Notes under the pieces: model-generated
What the model was told of the DNA's origin: nothing
What the model saw: the letters and a program-made list of their open reading frames with translations, nothing else
Database searches by the model: none
IMG/VR virus record: IMGVR_UViG_3300009156_000034
Coordinates: 1 to 55,457 of that record
Reading direction: 5' to 3' (one strand)
Length of the DNA: 55,457 nt
Source of the DNA: a virus
Position numbers and translations under genes: made by a program
In this document: one piece after another, positions 33,801 through 41,269 of the stretch
How the letters are laid out: each line of letters begins with the position of its first letter
Numbering within the stretch: position 1 is the stretch's first letter

Positions 33801-36800
33801 CAACCGAGATGAGGTGGTTATCTTCACCGGCCAGCTTTACGGCTCTGGCCCGATCCTCGGCTGTCAGTGTCTTCTGGTTGGCCTGTGGTGCGATGTTGGC
33901 GGTACGTGCCCGACTCATGCGGACTATTGCCGCGTCGATTTCGGCATCCGTCATCGACTTCGGCATCCGGCCCTTTACTTCGGTGATACGGACGAAGTCA
34001 CTGGAGGGCTTGCCAATGTCACGAAGGGCAGCACGGACGGCGTTCTCGACCTCAATCTCCCGGACTTCATCAGAGGTGGGTGCTGGTGCAGCCTCCGGTG
34101 CCTTCTTCTCGTCCTTACCGAAGTAGTCACGCAGGAACACACGGGCATCGGCCTGGGCACGGATGGACTGCCCCAGTTCCTTGCGCTGCCGCAGTAGACT
34201 CAGACGCTCATCCGGGGTTAGGTCTCCCTTGAGTGTCCGATCCATGTCGATCATCTCGGAGGAGTTGAGGTCAATCTCTGTCTCTAGGCGGCGGATCCCT
34301 TCATCGGGGGTGATCTTCCCGGAGGAGATGTCGAACCGGATCTCTTGCAAGGAGGCGTTAGCGGAACCTTGCGGTGCCTCGAAACCCTTCTCCTCCCAGG
34401 CTTCATCGAAGCCCTTCTTCTGGTCGGAGGGCAGAGCCCGGGATCCGACAGGTGTGCCGGTCTTCTCCAGGATGGCGTCGATCCGGTCCTGCTTGTTGAG
34501 GCTGGACCGCTTGATCCCAAGGTCATCCTCAATGTCCCTAAGTTCGCCAAGCTCCATGGCTTCGAGGCGTTCACGGGTGAGGGTTGGTCCAGCCTCCTTG
34601 CCCGGTGCTACCTCCTGATCAGGGAAGACGGCCTCAACGTCAACGTACCGGGCACTCTTCCTCTCCCCCGGGAAATCTGGGTGACTGAACCGGCTGACAC
34701 CATGGTCACGAACAACCCGGAACTTGGCACCACGGGGGAACAGCATCTCCCCCTCTTCACCCTCCACGGGTGACATGCCGACCATGCCGGTTCCCTTGCG
34801 GACCACCATCCTGATCACAACCGGTTGGGCATCCGCGTTGTCGATGGCGAACCGGACAGCAACATCCTTGTTGGCTGAGGCACTGGTGAAGCCAGGATCG
34901 TCCCAGGTGCGCCCCTCCAGGCTTTCATCCCTACTCAGGTCACCGAAGATGCGCCGGCCATCGACCCCTCGCCAAGCCTCCACATCAGACTTCAGCTTGG
35001 CGTCAGGGTTCTGGAACGCCTCATCCATGAGCCGTACTTGCTCACGGATCTGCTCCGTGCTTTCACCACGAGCCACATCAGCAAGACGGCGCTCGTTGAG
35101 GGCACCAGGGCTGGCCCGGTAGGCGTCAAAGGCGTCCTGCGTCTTCTTACCCAGCTTCTCGGTGAGTTGGTTTTCAGGCTCATCCTCGAACTCGTACGCC
35201 CTCAAGTCGGAGGAGTTGGCTGCGGCCTCACCCTTGGCGGCGGATTTGATCTGACGGTCGAACTTTGCCTGTTCCTCGGCGGTCGGCTTCTGGCCCTGAG
35301 TAGCCCTGCGGGCTGGCACCGCCTTCTTCGCCGGGGCACGGAACCCTTCATCACTGGGCGTCGGACGGGTGGTCCCACCACCAAAGGCACGAAGGCTCAT
35401 GACAATGTGAGTCTTGCGTGCCTTGAGGTCCATTGAGGACGGGAAGGTGATTCCCAGCTCACGACCTAGCTGGTTCACATCCTCCATGTGATTGACGTCA
35501 GCAATGATGCGGTTCATCTCATCTGCATTGGTGCTGTTGTCGCTGAGCCGGCCAGCAATCCGCTGAAGAGGATGATCGTCTGGCAAGCCTGAGCCCCTAG
35601 CAATCTTTCGCCGCTCGGGTGTCAGTTGAGACATGAAGGACTTCGGGGCAGCCTTACGTGGAGCGGCAGCCTTCTTTGCCGGAGCCCGCTTCACAGGTGC
35701 CGGCGTCTCACCCCGCATGTGAGCCTTGATCCGGTCCTTGGTCCAGGACTTGGAAGCACCCTCAGCGCGAGGATCGGCAAGCAGCTCATCCTTCGTCATC
35801 TGGTCAATGTCGGTGACATCACGGACAGGCTTAGCGGGTGCAGCCTTCTTGGCAGCCGGAGCCCGCTTGACCGGTGTCAGTGGTGCCAGTTCGTCAATCT
35901 TTTCCTGTGTCAGTCCCAGAGACTTCAGTCGGGAACGCTTCTGGCGAGTGGTGAGGGAGTCATCTGAGACGATGTGGTCGGCTCGGTCCTCCGGTGTCAA
36001 CGGGGTGCGGTCGACCTTCGGTGCAGCCTTCTTAACTGCTGTCCGTACCTTGGCTGCTTCAGTCTCGGAGAACGGCTTCTCCTCCGGTGGGTTGACGTAC
36101 TTGTCAGTGGCCTTTTCACTCTGTGATTCCAGGAGGGCGGCCCGTAGCTTCTCGTACCGGTCAGCCGCAGCCTGGGCTTCGTCCCGTTCACGGCGGAACC
36201 CACGAGCCCGGTCACCGGAGGCATTCTCAGCCTTCTGGTGAGCAATCCCGGCCTCGCTGCGGAACCGCTTCGCCTCTTCCCGGGCAGCATGACGGGCCTG
36301 GGGCACGGACATCTGCCCACCTCGGACACCGGTAGCTATCTGCCGGTAGACCTTCCCGTCTTCCCCTTCGATCTTCTCCTTGTCCAGCACCTCCAGGGCC
36401 GTCCGGTACCGGGCCTGGGTGACGGTCATGTGCCGGCGACCGGTCTGAATCTCCTTGGCCCGCTGGAGTTGGGCAGCCTTCTCCAGCAACGGCTTCTCGG
36501 ACGGCTCACCGGGCCGTACCCGCTGAGCCCGCTTGACGATGTCCTCTTCCGCCACCGACTGGCCGGACGGTGTTGGCTTCGGCCGCTCCGGTTCCCGGAC
36601 CCCACGCTTGAGGCCGTGCTGCTCAGCGATCAGGTCAGCGAGTTGGTCCTGAACCTTGATGTCCTGCTCAAACTCCCGGTCCTTGTCGCTGGTGCCGTCG
36701 AGCTTGTCCTGGACCAGTTGCCGCTTGTTGACGGCGATGTCGACTTCCAGCTCACGAAGCGCATCCTCGGGACGCCGCTTCCCACTGGTGATGCCCTCAT

Positions 36801-37935
36801 ACGCCTTGTTGAACTGCCGGCGACGTGGGCCATCAGAGGGTGCCCCGATCCCTGCCTCATCGAAGGCAGCCCGGAAGTCAACGGTGCGGATCGGTTCCTC
36901 GGGTGCGGGCTCTGGTGATGGTGCTCTACCTGGAGCCCCACCACCTACCGATTCGGAGTGGATCGGCTCATTCCGTGGAGGGGGGCCACCGGGACCGGTA
37001 TCAGTGGGTCCGGTGATCTCCGCTTCGGTAGCACCTAGCCCACGCATCCGCTGTTGGTGTTCCGCAATGGACTGCCGCTCCCGTTCGGCCCTGGCCTCAG
37101 GGGTGTTGGCCTCCTGTCGCGCTGCCTCCCGGCCGAGTCCTTCCCGTTCTCCCAGGGCACGCTGAGTCGGGGCCAATGGTGGTGCCCCAGTGGCTCGGGC
37201 TTCCCGCATCTCTGGTGTGGCACCGGTTTCCCGTTCGCCACCACGCAGCGGGTGTGGCTCCTCGCCTCCACCTTCGGTGTCAACGATGGCGGTGATGTGG
37301 TACCCGCCTCGTCCATCACGGTCCACTTTGGTGATCCGGATGGGCAGGTCCCGGTCCATCATCACGCCACGGTCGTTGGGACCGTTACGGGTGGGGGCGA
37401 TCTTTGTGCCCTTGGGGGCGACGATGGCCATGTGGATGGGGCCACCGGAGCCAGGACTACCGATCCGGGTGGGGGTGTATCCCTTGCTGGACACCACCTT
37501 TCCAGGCAGGTCCCAGACGCCACCGTCTTCAGCGTCCATGAACGCCGGGTCGATGCCGAACGCTTCCGGACCCATGCTTCGGTGCAGGATCAGGTCATCA
37601 TGGGACGGCTGAAGCTGAGCATCCATCATGTCCACGAAGCGCTGCGTGGATGCGTCCATCCGTCCGGCCTGTAGCTGGACATTGGTGTCGTGCAGGTCGG
37701 CCAGCAGCCGACGCTTATCTGCTTCTGGCCAATCTTTGTAGCTGCTGAACAGGTACTGTGACGCCTGCTGGTCCGAGCCGAACTCGCGGTAATCAATCCG
37801 GGCAAGCATGTCGAGGATGCGCTTGGCCAAAGTGATGGCCATGCCCACGCCAGCCTTATTGATGAACCGCCCGTTCTTGCCCCGGGGGTGCATGAGTTCT
37901 TCTTCTGCACCCCAGGAACTGCCCAGCTTCGCCAC
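30829..37935 (-). CDS. Polyvalent protein (2368 aa): several ADP-ribosyltransferase-like modules, a Nudix hydrolase module and duplicated DNA-binding modules
   Basis: Single uninterrupted ORF between the protease/scaffold gene and the capsid genes. Motifs are listed in the sub-features below. Confidence 0.85.
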   Translation of the reverse strand: MAKLGSSWGAEEELMHPRGKNGRFINKAGVGMAITLAKRILDMLARIDYREFGSDQQASQYLFSSYKDWPEADKRRLLADLHDTNVQLQAGRMDASTQRFVDMMDAQLQPSHDDLILHRSMGPEAFGIDPAFMDAEDGGVWDLPGKVVSSKGYTPTRIGSPGSGGPIHMAIVAPKGTKIAPTRNGPNDRGVMMDRDLPIRITKVDRDGRGGYHITAIVDTEGGGEEPHPLRGGERETGATPEMREARATGAPPLAPTQRALGEREGLGREAARQEANTPEARAERERQSIAEHQQRMRGLGATEAEITGPTDTGPGGPPPRNEPIHSESVGGGAPGRAPSPEPAPEEPIRTVDFRAAFDEAGIGAPSDGPRRRQFNKAYEGITSGKRRPEDALRELEVDIAVNKRQLVQDKLDGTSDKDREFEQDIKVQDQLADLIAEQHGLKRGVREPERPKPTPSGQSVAEEDIVKRAQRVRPGEPSEKPLLEKAAQLQRAKEIQTGRRHMTVTQARYRTALEVLDKEKIEGEDGKVYRQIATGVRGGQMSVPQARHAAREEAKRFRSEAGIAHQKAENASGDRARGFRRERDEAQAAADRYEKLRAALLESQSEKATDKYVNPPEEKPFSETEAAKVRTAVKKAAPKVDRTPLTPEDRADHIVSDDSLTTRQKRSRLKSLGLTQEKIDELAPLTPVKRAPAAKKAAPAKPVRDVTDIDQMTKDELLADPRAEGASKSWTKDRIKAHMRGETPAPVKRAPAKKAAAPRKAAPKSFMSQLTPERRKIARGSGLPDDHPLQRIAGRLSDNSTNADEMNRIIADVNHMEDVNQLGRELGITFPSSMDLKARKTHIVMSLRAFGGGTTRPTPSDEGFRAPAKKAVPARRATQGQKPTAEEQAKFDRQIKSAAKGEAAANSSDLRAYEFEDEPENQLTEKLGKKTQDAFDAYRASPGALNERRLADVARGESTEQIREQVRLMDEAFQNPDAKLKSDVEAWRGVDGRRIFGDLSRDESLEGRTWDDPGFTSASANKDVAVRFAIDNADAQPVVIRMVVRKGTGMVGMSPVEGEEGEMLFPRGAKFRVVRDHGVSRFSHPDFPGERKSARYVDVEAVFPDQEVAPGKEAGPTLTRERLEAMELGELRDIEDDLGIKRSSLNKQDRIDAILEKTGTPVGSRALPSDQKKGFDEAWEEKGFEAPQGSANASLQEIRFDISSGKITPDEGIRRLETEIDLNSSEMIDMDRTLKGDLTPDERLSLLRQRKELGQSIRAQADARVFLRDYFGKDEKKAPEAAPAPTSDEVREIEVENAVRAALRDIGKPSSDFVRITEVKGRMPKSMTDAEIDAAIVRMSRARTANIAPQANQKTLTAEDRARAVKLAGEDNHLISVADQSPRPLPGAAPVPVKKAAPAKKAAPAKPARDATDLDQMTQKELVAEAGKRGVPVGASWTKDKIKAALRGEGPAKRVPAKKVAPAKAAPKRVPEARITRPDPNDQFTVLPPGERGSSGDGRLGPDAPWGYYGASGALVRARGDDQEPRYLLVKTSEKADAKGKWQLPGGARNSLETVYQGTAREMQEEIGVSEADLERLSPAGQHKTLPDPHGWTYTSLVADSPRMFDVKPSHKDTVDAKWLTRAEVEELIANDEIQADLKKVLPDLMDHDIADALEPDKDPQDALQDLFGRLSDMGRRAPALDWTPLHRAAQSIANGDDTKVVARRLRLDALKTESKEDAETLRHLADDLGKKRKGKPEYINDQGNVDLRKLAGETSGVDWDRWSPEEGAPTWHAGTALYGGTANPGEMRRRYEDENPFHNAFHYWEEEAEQGFDPRHPRAKLVKRMRETAARWREVKKDAIKGRHPMAQNPARKAEMDSYIAKADDAATAVERLADALEKAKVPPKPRFKTLGGTVLGDPVPIEEQRFQARYVKHALKHRGESIPTELTHKRGRPIAELIQEGQRRPGLTDKENKALDLYMMAAVADQLNGSLRKGRNLHGTGTTPTGTVDLDEVQIGLDSAIADSVIDRDSVLWRSAITANADYRRLVPGAIYTDAGFVSTSFDEQGARRIIGWRKSRGDFPSGRKPMLFKILAPAGTHAALGHEGVQEALLPRGQQFRVVRVDDSGDIPVVIMEVLPNQRDIAGVRGQKLIDDFDYDATVKSTSGHSLGSRGVGDIWLGRIYQEQGYNGPPEVVTKERMDEVVRDGGIEVHRGISSHGDYSAAELAERYRSGDYYPGLGIYGNGSYSATDRRTALGYASGNDEGVLRIALRRDARIIGSEELRKMTTAGGGSQAAKDLQAARQAELDKLDPNDIVGITAVMEKYDQLSARLSGRSRVLADYGRRAALLGYDAIRVDEPGLFTGAPATSKIYVILNRTATYVQEAG
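30832..31480 (-). other. Polyvalent protein module 5: C-terminal domain with a PARP-like H-Y pattern
   Basis: EVHRGIS ... GLGIYGNGSYSATD ... GVLRIAL recalls the H-Y-[EDQ] class of ARTs. This is only a weak pattern match. Confidence 0.3.
31585..32075 (-). other. Polyvalent protein module 4: R-S-E type ADP-ribosyltransferase domain
   Basis: VLWRSAI (Arg), DAGFVSTSFDE (STS) and HEGVQEALLPRGQQFRVV (QxE/ExE followed by LLPRG..F.V). Confidence 0.65.
33226..33294 (-). other. Polyvalent protein module 3: complete Nudix box
   Basis: GARNSLETVYQGTAREMQEEIGV fits GX5EX7REUXEEXGU exactly. The surrounding ~120 aa (PRYLLVKTSE..KWQLPGG...DAKWLTRAEV) look like a Nudix fold. Confidence 0.75.
33515..33775 (-). 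repeat. Polyvalent protein internal repeat B: basic tract plus HeH/SAP-like motif
   Basis: PVKKAAPAKKAAPAKPARDATDLDQMTQKELVAEAGKRGVPVGASWTKDKIKAALRG. Confidence 0.6.
34690..35150 (-). other. Polyvalent protein module 2: R-S-E type ADP-ribosyltransferase domain
   Basis: EAWRGVDGRRIFG (Arg), DPGFTSASANKDVA (S-x-S) and EGEEGEMLFPRGAKFRVV (ExE followed by the L(F/L)PRG..F.V block typical of exoenzyme-type ARTs). Confidence 0.6.
35640..35885 (-). repeat. Polyvalent protein internal repeat A: AKKAAPAK-type basic tract plus HeH/SAP-like motif
   Basis: PVKRAPAAKKAAPAKPVRDVTDIDQMTKDELLADPRAEGASKSWTKDRIKAHMRG is paralogous to the copy at 33515-33775. Confidence 0.6.
37290..37650 (-). other. Polyvalent protein module 1: degenerate R-S-E type ART-like domain
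   Basis: LILHRSMG (Arg block) and KGYTPTRIG (in place of STS). The expected ExE block reads NDRGVMMDRDLPIRI, so the catalytic Glu is not evident. Confidence 0.35.
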
Positions 37936-37946
37936 AGATCACCTCG

Positions 37947-40484
37947 CTACTGAACCGGAACCGGAGTCGGTGGAGCCTGCGCCTGCTGCTGTGCGATCTC
38001 AGGTGGGAGCGGCGGGTCGTTCTCCGGGGACCCTTCCTCAACGATCTGGTACGGGGCAGACGGGTCAGCCTCAGCCGCCGTGAGCCAGGCATCCCAGTCG
38101 GTCGATGCTTCGCCGGCGGCGACCGCTGTCGATGCCTTGGCTGCCAGTTCCGGGTCCATGGCGTAGAGGTGCTCCAGCCGCTTGCGTCGCTCCCGTTGGG
38201 CGTAGATTTCCTCGTCCTCCTGAAGGTCGGCCAGGCGCTGAGCCCGCTCCTGACGAGCCTCCTCTTCGTCCATCTGCTCCCGGACCATGGAGGCGAGTAG
38301 GGCAACATTGATTCCAGTCGGTGGTCCTGTGTATTCCTCCGGTTCCGGGACCACCGACCCAGCCGCTACCAGAGACATTTGCTCCTCGTTCTCCATCGAG
38401 TAGACCGGGAACGCGGGGGCGTTCACGGCAAGAGCGGCGGTCAGCTCCAACGAGCCCTGCTCCCGTCGCCAGTCGCCGGACAGTGGAGATCGGCGCAGCT
38501 TCGCCACCTTCTTCGGGGTGGCCTCCGGGACCACGGAGCCGGCCACCCAGATGCCGTACTCGTCCTCGCCGGCCCGGACAATGGCGATCTCGTCTCCGGT
38601 GTTGTCGTAGTGCAGGGCGGCGGCGGCGTAACTGAGCCGGATGTCGGCGTGCCGGGTGTCCATCACGATCTTGCCCACCCGCAGCGTGTCACCTTCAGCG
38701 GTGAGCACGGTGCCGAGATGGTAGGGGGCGTACCCGAGCCTGGACTTCGGGGCCAGCACACACTCCCGCATAGTCACGTCTCGATGGCACTCACCCCAGG
38801 CAGCCAGGTGCCCGTACAGTCGCCCGTCACCCTCCACGGTGATGGGCGTCTTGCCTTCCAGTTGTGGATCCTCGAACCAGGCGGCAGGTGGGGTGAGCGG
38901 GTACCCTTCCTCGCTCATGGCGTAGGTGTGAGAAGGGTTCATCTTCATGGCCGCACCTTCAGCGATCTCGATGCCGGCCTTCTTAGCGGCAGCCTTGATC
39001 CGTCCTTTGATCTGCTCAAGCTGCTCGTCGGTGTACTCGGCCGCGTTCTTCGGAACGTTGATGTACGCCCACGCGGCCCTGATGTGCTCCGGGGTGTCGA
39101 TGGGGTACCTCTTCTTGTTGTCGCGGTAGCCCGGGTCGGCATAGTTCACGTCGCCATAGGGCTCCTTAGTCTCGGTTGCCATAGCTGCCTGGATCCCTTC
39201 CTGAGCTGACCGGTCCCATGGCGCTCGTATTGAGGCGTCATTGAACTCTTCGGCCATTATCGGGTAAATCTCACTGATCACGTTTCGGAGATCAGCCTTG
39301 TCTGCATCGGGGATGTCGGGTAGTCCACCATGGGCACCGGACAGCAGAGCCGCCGCCGCATAAATGGCGTGGTAGATCAGCGTCAGTCGGCCGTTGATGA
39401 TGTCACCGAACGGGAGCCGGTACGAGGTGGTGGCAGTTTCCGGGAGCCGAGGGTCGTGCCACATGAAGGCCCGCTTCAGCTTCGCCGTATCAGCACCTTC
39501 CGCTGATACCTGAGCCCACGCAGCGATTCGCTTAACCGCATCATCGTTGTCAAATACCGCGTCACGGGGGGCAAGGGGAAGACCTTTCCAGCCAGAGGGG
39601 TTGACGGACGCCACCAGAGCCCCGCACCCACAGTCCTCTTCCTCCGGCCCTTCCAAGTCCATGACCATGTCGTAGTCGTCATCCGGCCACTCTCCATCCT
39701 GGTTGAGGGAGTAGATGCGCATAGCACTGAACGCTGGGATGGAGACCAAGGTGGCCCCACCGATGGTGAACTCCAGGACGTGGTCGATCCCGGTGAGTGG
39801 GTCAGCGGTGCCGGCCACCGGGCCACCCGGGTCAATGCTGGTGCCGACCACCCCCTGCTCCATCAGGTACCGGGCCTTCTTCGCGTCCGGGATGGTGTCC
39901 TCATCGAGGAAGTCACCCCAGCCGTAGGCAAAGTCCAGGCCCGCCTCGTTGGGGCCGTAGGTGATGCCCAGGATCCGGCCAACGGTGACAGCGCCCTCGT
40001 GCCCCGGTGCCGTACGCTCCCGCCAGTCCAGGGGCAGCGGCAGTACCCGGTGCCGGAGGGCTCCGTGCTCAAACACCCGCTTCCGCCGTGGCTCCTCAGT
40101 GAGTCGCCCGATGGATGCCAGGGGTCCGGCCCATAGGTGCTTGCCCAGCATTGGCATGGCAGCCAGCAACGCTTCCGCGTCACTGAGTTCCTGACGGGTA
40201 TGGACGAATCCCTGCTGCCCCTGCTTCCCGTTGTTGGCACGAGCAGCCATGGCAGCCGTGATGGCAGCCTCGCCAGGGTGACCTTTCCCGGGAGGAGCGC
40301 CTAGGGCCTTCTGGTGCAGGATGTTGCACAGGCCCTCGGGGTTGGTGGGGAAATACTTCCGGAGCTGACGCACGCACCGGTTGAAGTCGTGGGGCAGACC
40401 CCAGCGGATCTTCAGGGCACCCTTGCCGGCGAGCCAGTACCTCTGTAGCTGGAGCGGCATCCCTCGTGCCGGGTTCGGATCCAT
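37947..40484 (-). CDS. Capsid maturation protease / scaffold fusion (845 aa)
   Basis: The ATG overlaps the MuF stop (TGATG) after AAGGGGG. The N-terminus QRYWLAGKGALKIRWGLPHDFNRCV is typical of actinophage proteases. Two protease-like regions follow (..GVVGTSIDPGG.. and ..GRLYGHLAAWGECHRD..DTRHAD..), then an acidic coiled-coil C-terminus. Confidence 0.65.
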   Translation of the reverse strand: MDPNPARGMPLQLQRYWLAGKGALKIRWGLPHDFNRCVRQLRKYFPTNPEGLCNILHQKALGAPPGKGHPGEAAITAAMAARANNGKQGQQGFVHTRQELSDAEALLAAMPMLGKHLWAGPLASIGRLTEEPRRKRVFEHGALRHRVLPLPLDWRERTAPGHEGAVTVGRILGITYGPNEAGLDFAYGWGDFLDEDTIPDAKKARYLMEQGVVGTSIDPGGPVAGTADPLTGIDHVLEFTIGGATLVSIPAFSAMRIYSLNQDGEWPDDDYDMVMDLEGPEEEDCGCGALVASVNPSGWKGLPLAPRDAVFDNDDAVKRIAAWAQVSAEGADTAKLKRAFMWHDPRLPETATTSYRLPFGDIINGRLTLIYHAIYAAAALLSGAHGGLPDIPDADKADLRNVISEIYPIMAEEFNDASIRAPWDRSAQEGIQAAMATETKEPYGDVNYADPGYRDNKKRYPIDTPEHIRAAWAYINVPKNAAEYTDEQLEQIKGRIKAAAKKAGIEIAEGAAMKMNPSHTYAMSEEGYPLTPPAAWFEDPQLEGKTPITVEGDGRLYGHLAAWGECHRDVTMRECVLAPKSRLGYAPYHLGTVLTAEGDTLRVGKIVMDTRHADIRLSYAAAALHYDNTGDEIAIVRAGEDEYGIWVAGSVVPEATPKKVAKLRRSPLSGDWRREQGSLELTAALAVNAPAFPVYSMENEEQMSLVAAGSVVPEPEEYTGPPTGINVALLASMVREQMDEEEARQERAQRLADLQEDEEIYAQRERRKRLEHLYAMDPELAAKASTAVAAGEASTDWDAWLTAAEADPSAPYQIVEEGSPENDPPLPPEIAQQQAQAPPTPVPVQ

Positions 40485-41269
40485 CACCGCCCCCTTTCGT
40501 TGAGGATCACCAGGTCGCATCGGCAGTTGATGACCGCCTCAGGTGGTCCCATTGGATCACCCGGAAACATAAGTGGGAACCCTTCGACGTAGAACGGGTA
40601 TCCGAGGTCCCGGACCTGGCCGTCTACTTCTCGGTGGGAGATTCGGACTCGTTCGTCTCGTTCGGTGTCCCAACGTTTGCGGAGCAGTCGCCCGGTGACC
40701 CGGGACTGTTCCATACCCGCTGCCAAGGTGCCGGCTCCGTAGGCTCGGGTGGTCTCGGTCTGGGCAATGGTTCTTGCCCTAGCCGGCCAGTTCTCTGAGC
40801 CGGTGTAGCTGAGCACGGAATCGACTCGTTGAGCAATCTGCTCCACTGATTCACCACTGTTCGTGCCATCCGTAATGGCGGCGAACACCAGGTTGTATGT
40901 CTCATCAGGCATCCGTACCAGGAAGTTCTGGGTCTGGGCTAGCTGACTTACTACGAAGGCGTGGCGGCTTACGGGGGGCACGTCGGTCGCCTGACTCCAG
41001 GCGCTCAGGCTGATCTTGCCAATCTCGGTCAGGATCGTATCGACTTCGCCGTCCCAGTCGCCCTGGGTGCCGTAGATGGCCGTAGGGTCCGGCATCATCC
41101 GGTACTGCCGCCATGGCTTCATCACCGCCTCTCGGGCACTGGCCAGCCACCGCTGCAACGCACCGGCTACCACTCCTGTCAGCCTGTTCTCATCCTCTTC
41201 ACGGCTGGCCACGGAGGAAGCCTCTACGCTGAAGGACAGTGCCGAGGGTGGAGGAGCGATGCGGGACAC
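40484..41269 (-). CDS. MuF/SPP1 gp7-like head morphogenesis protein
   Basis: RWDTERDERVRISHREVDGQ...FPGDPMGPPEAVINCRCDL is the MuF C-terminal signature. The start is uncertain: GTG at 41269, or GTG at 41209 after AGAGG. Confidence 0.75.
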   Translation of the reverse strand: MSRIAPPPSALSFSVEASSVASREEDENRLTGVVAGALQRWLASAREAVMKPWRQYRMMPDPTAIYGTQGDWDGEVDTILTEIGKISLSAWSQATDVPPVSRHAFVVSQLAQTQNFLVRMPDETYNLVFAAITDGTNSGESVEQIAQRVDSVLSYTGSENWPARARTIAQTETTRAYGAGTLAAGMEQSRVTGRLLRKRWDTERDERVRISHREVDGQVRDLGYPFYVEGFPLMFPGDPMGPPEAVINCRCDLVILNERGR

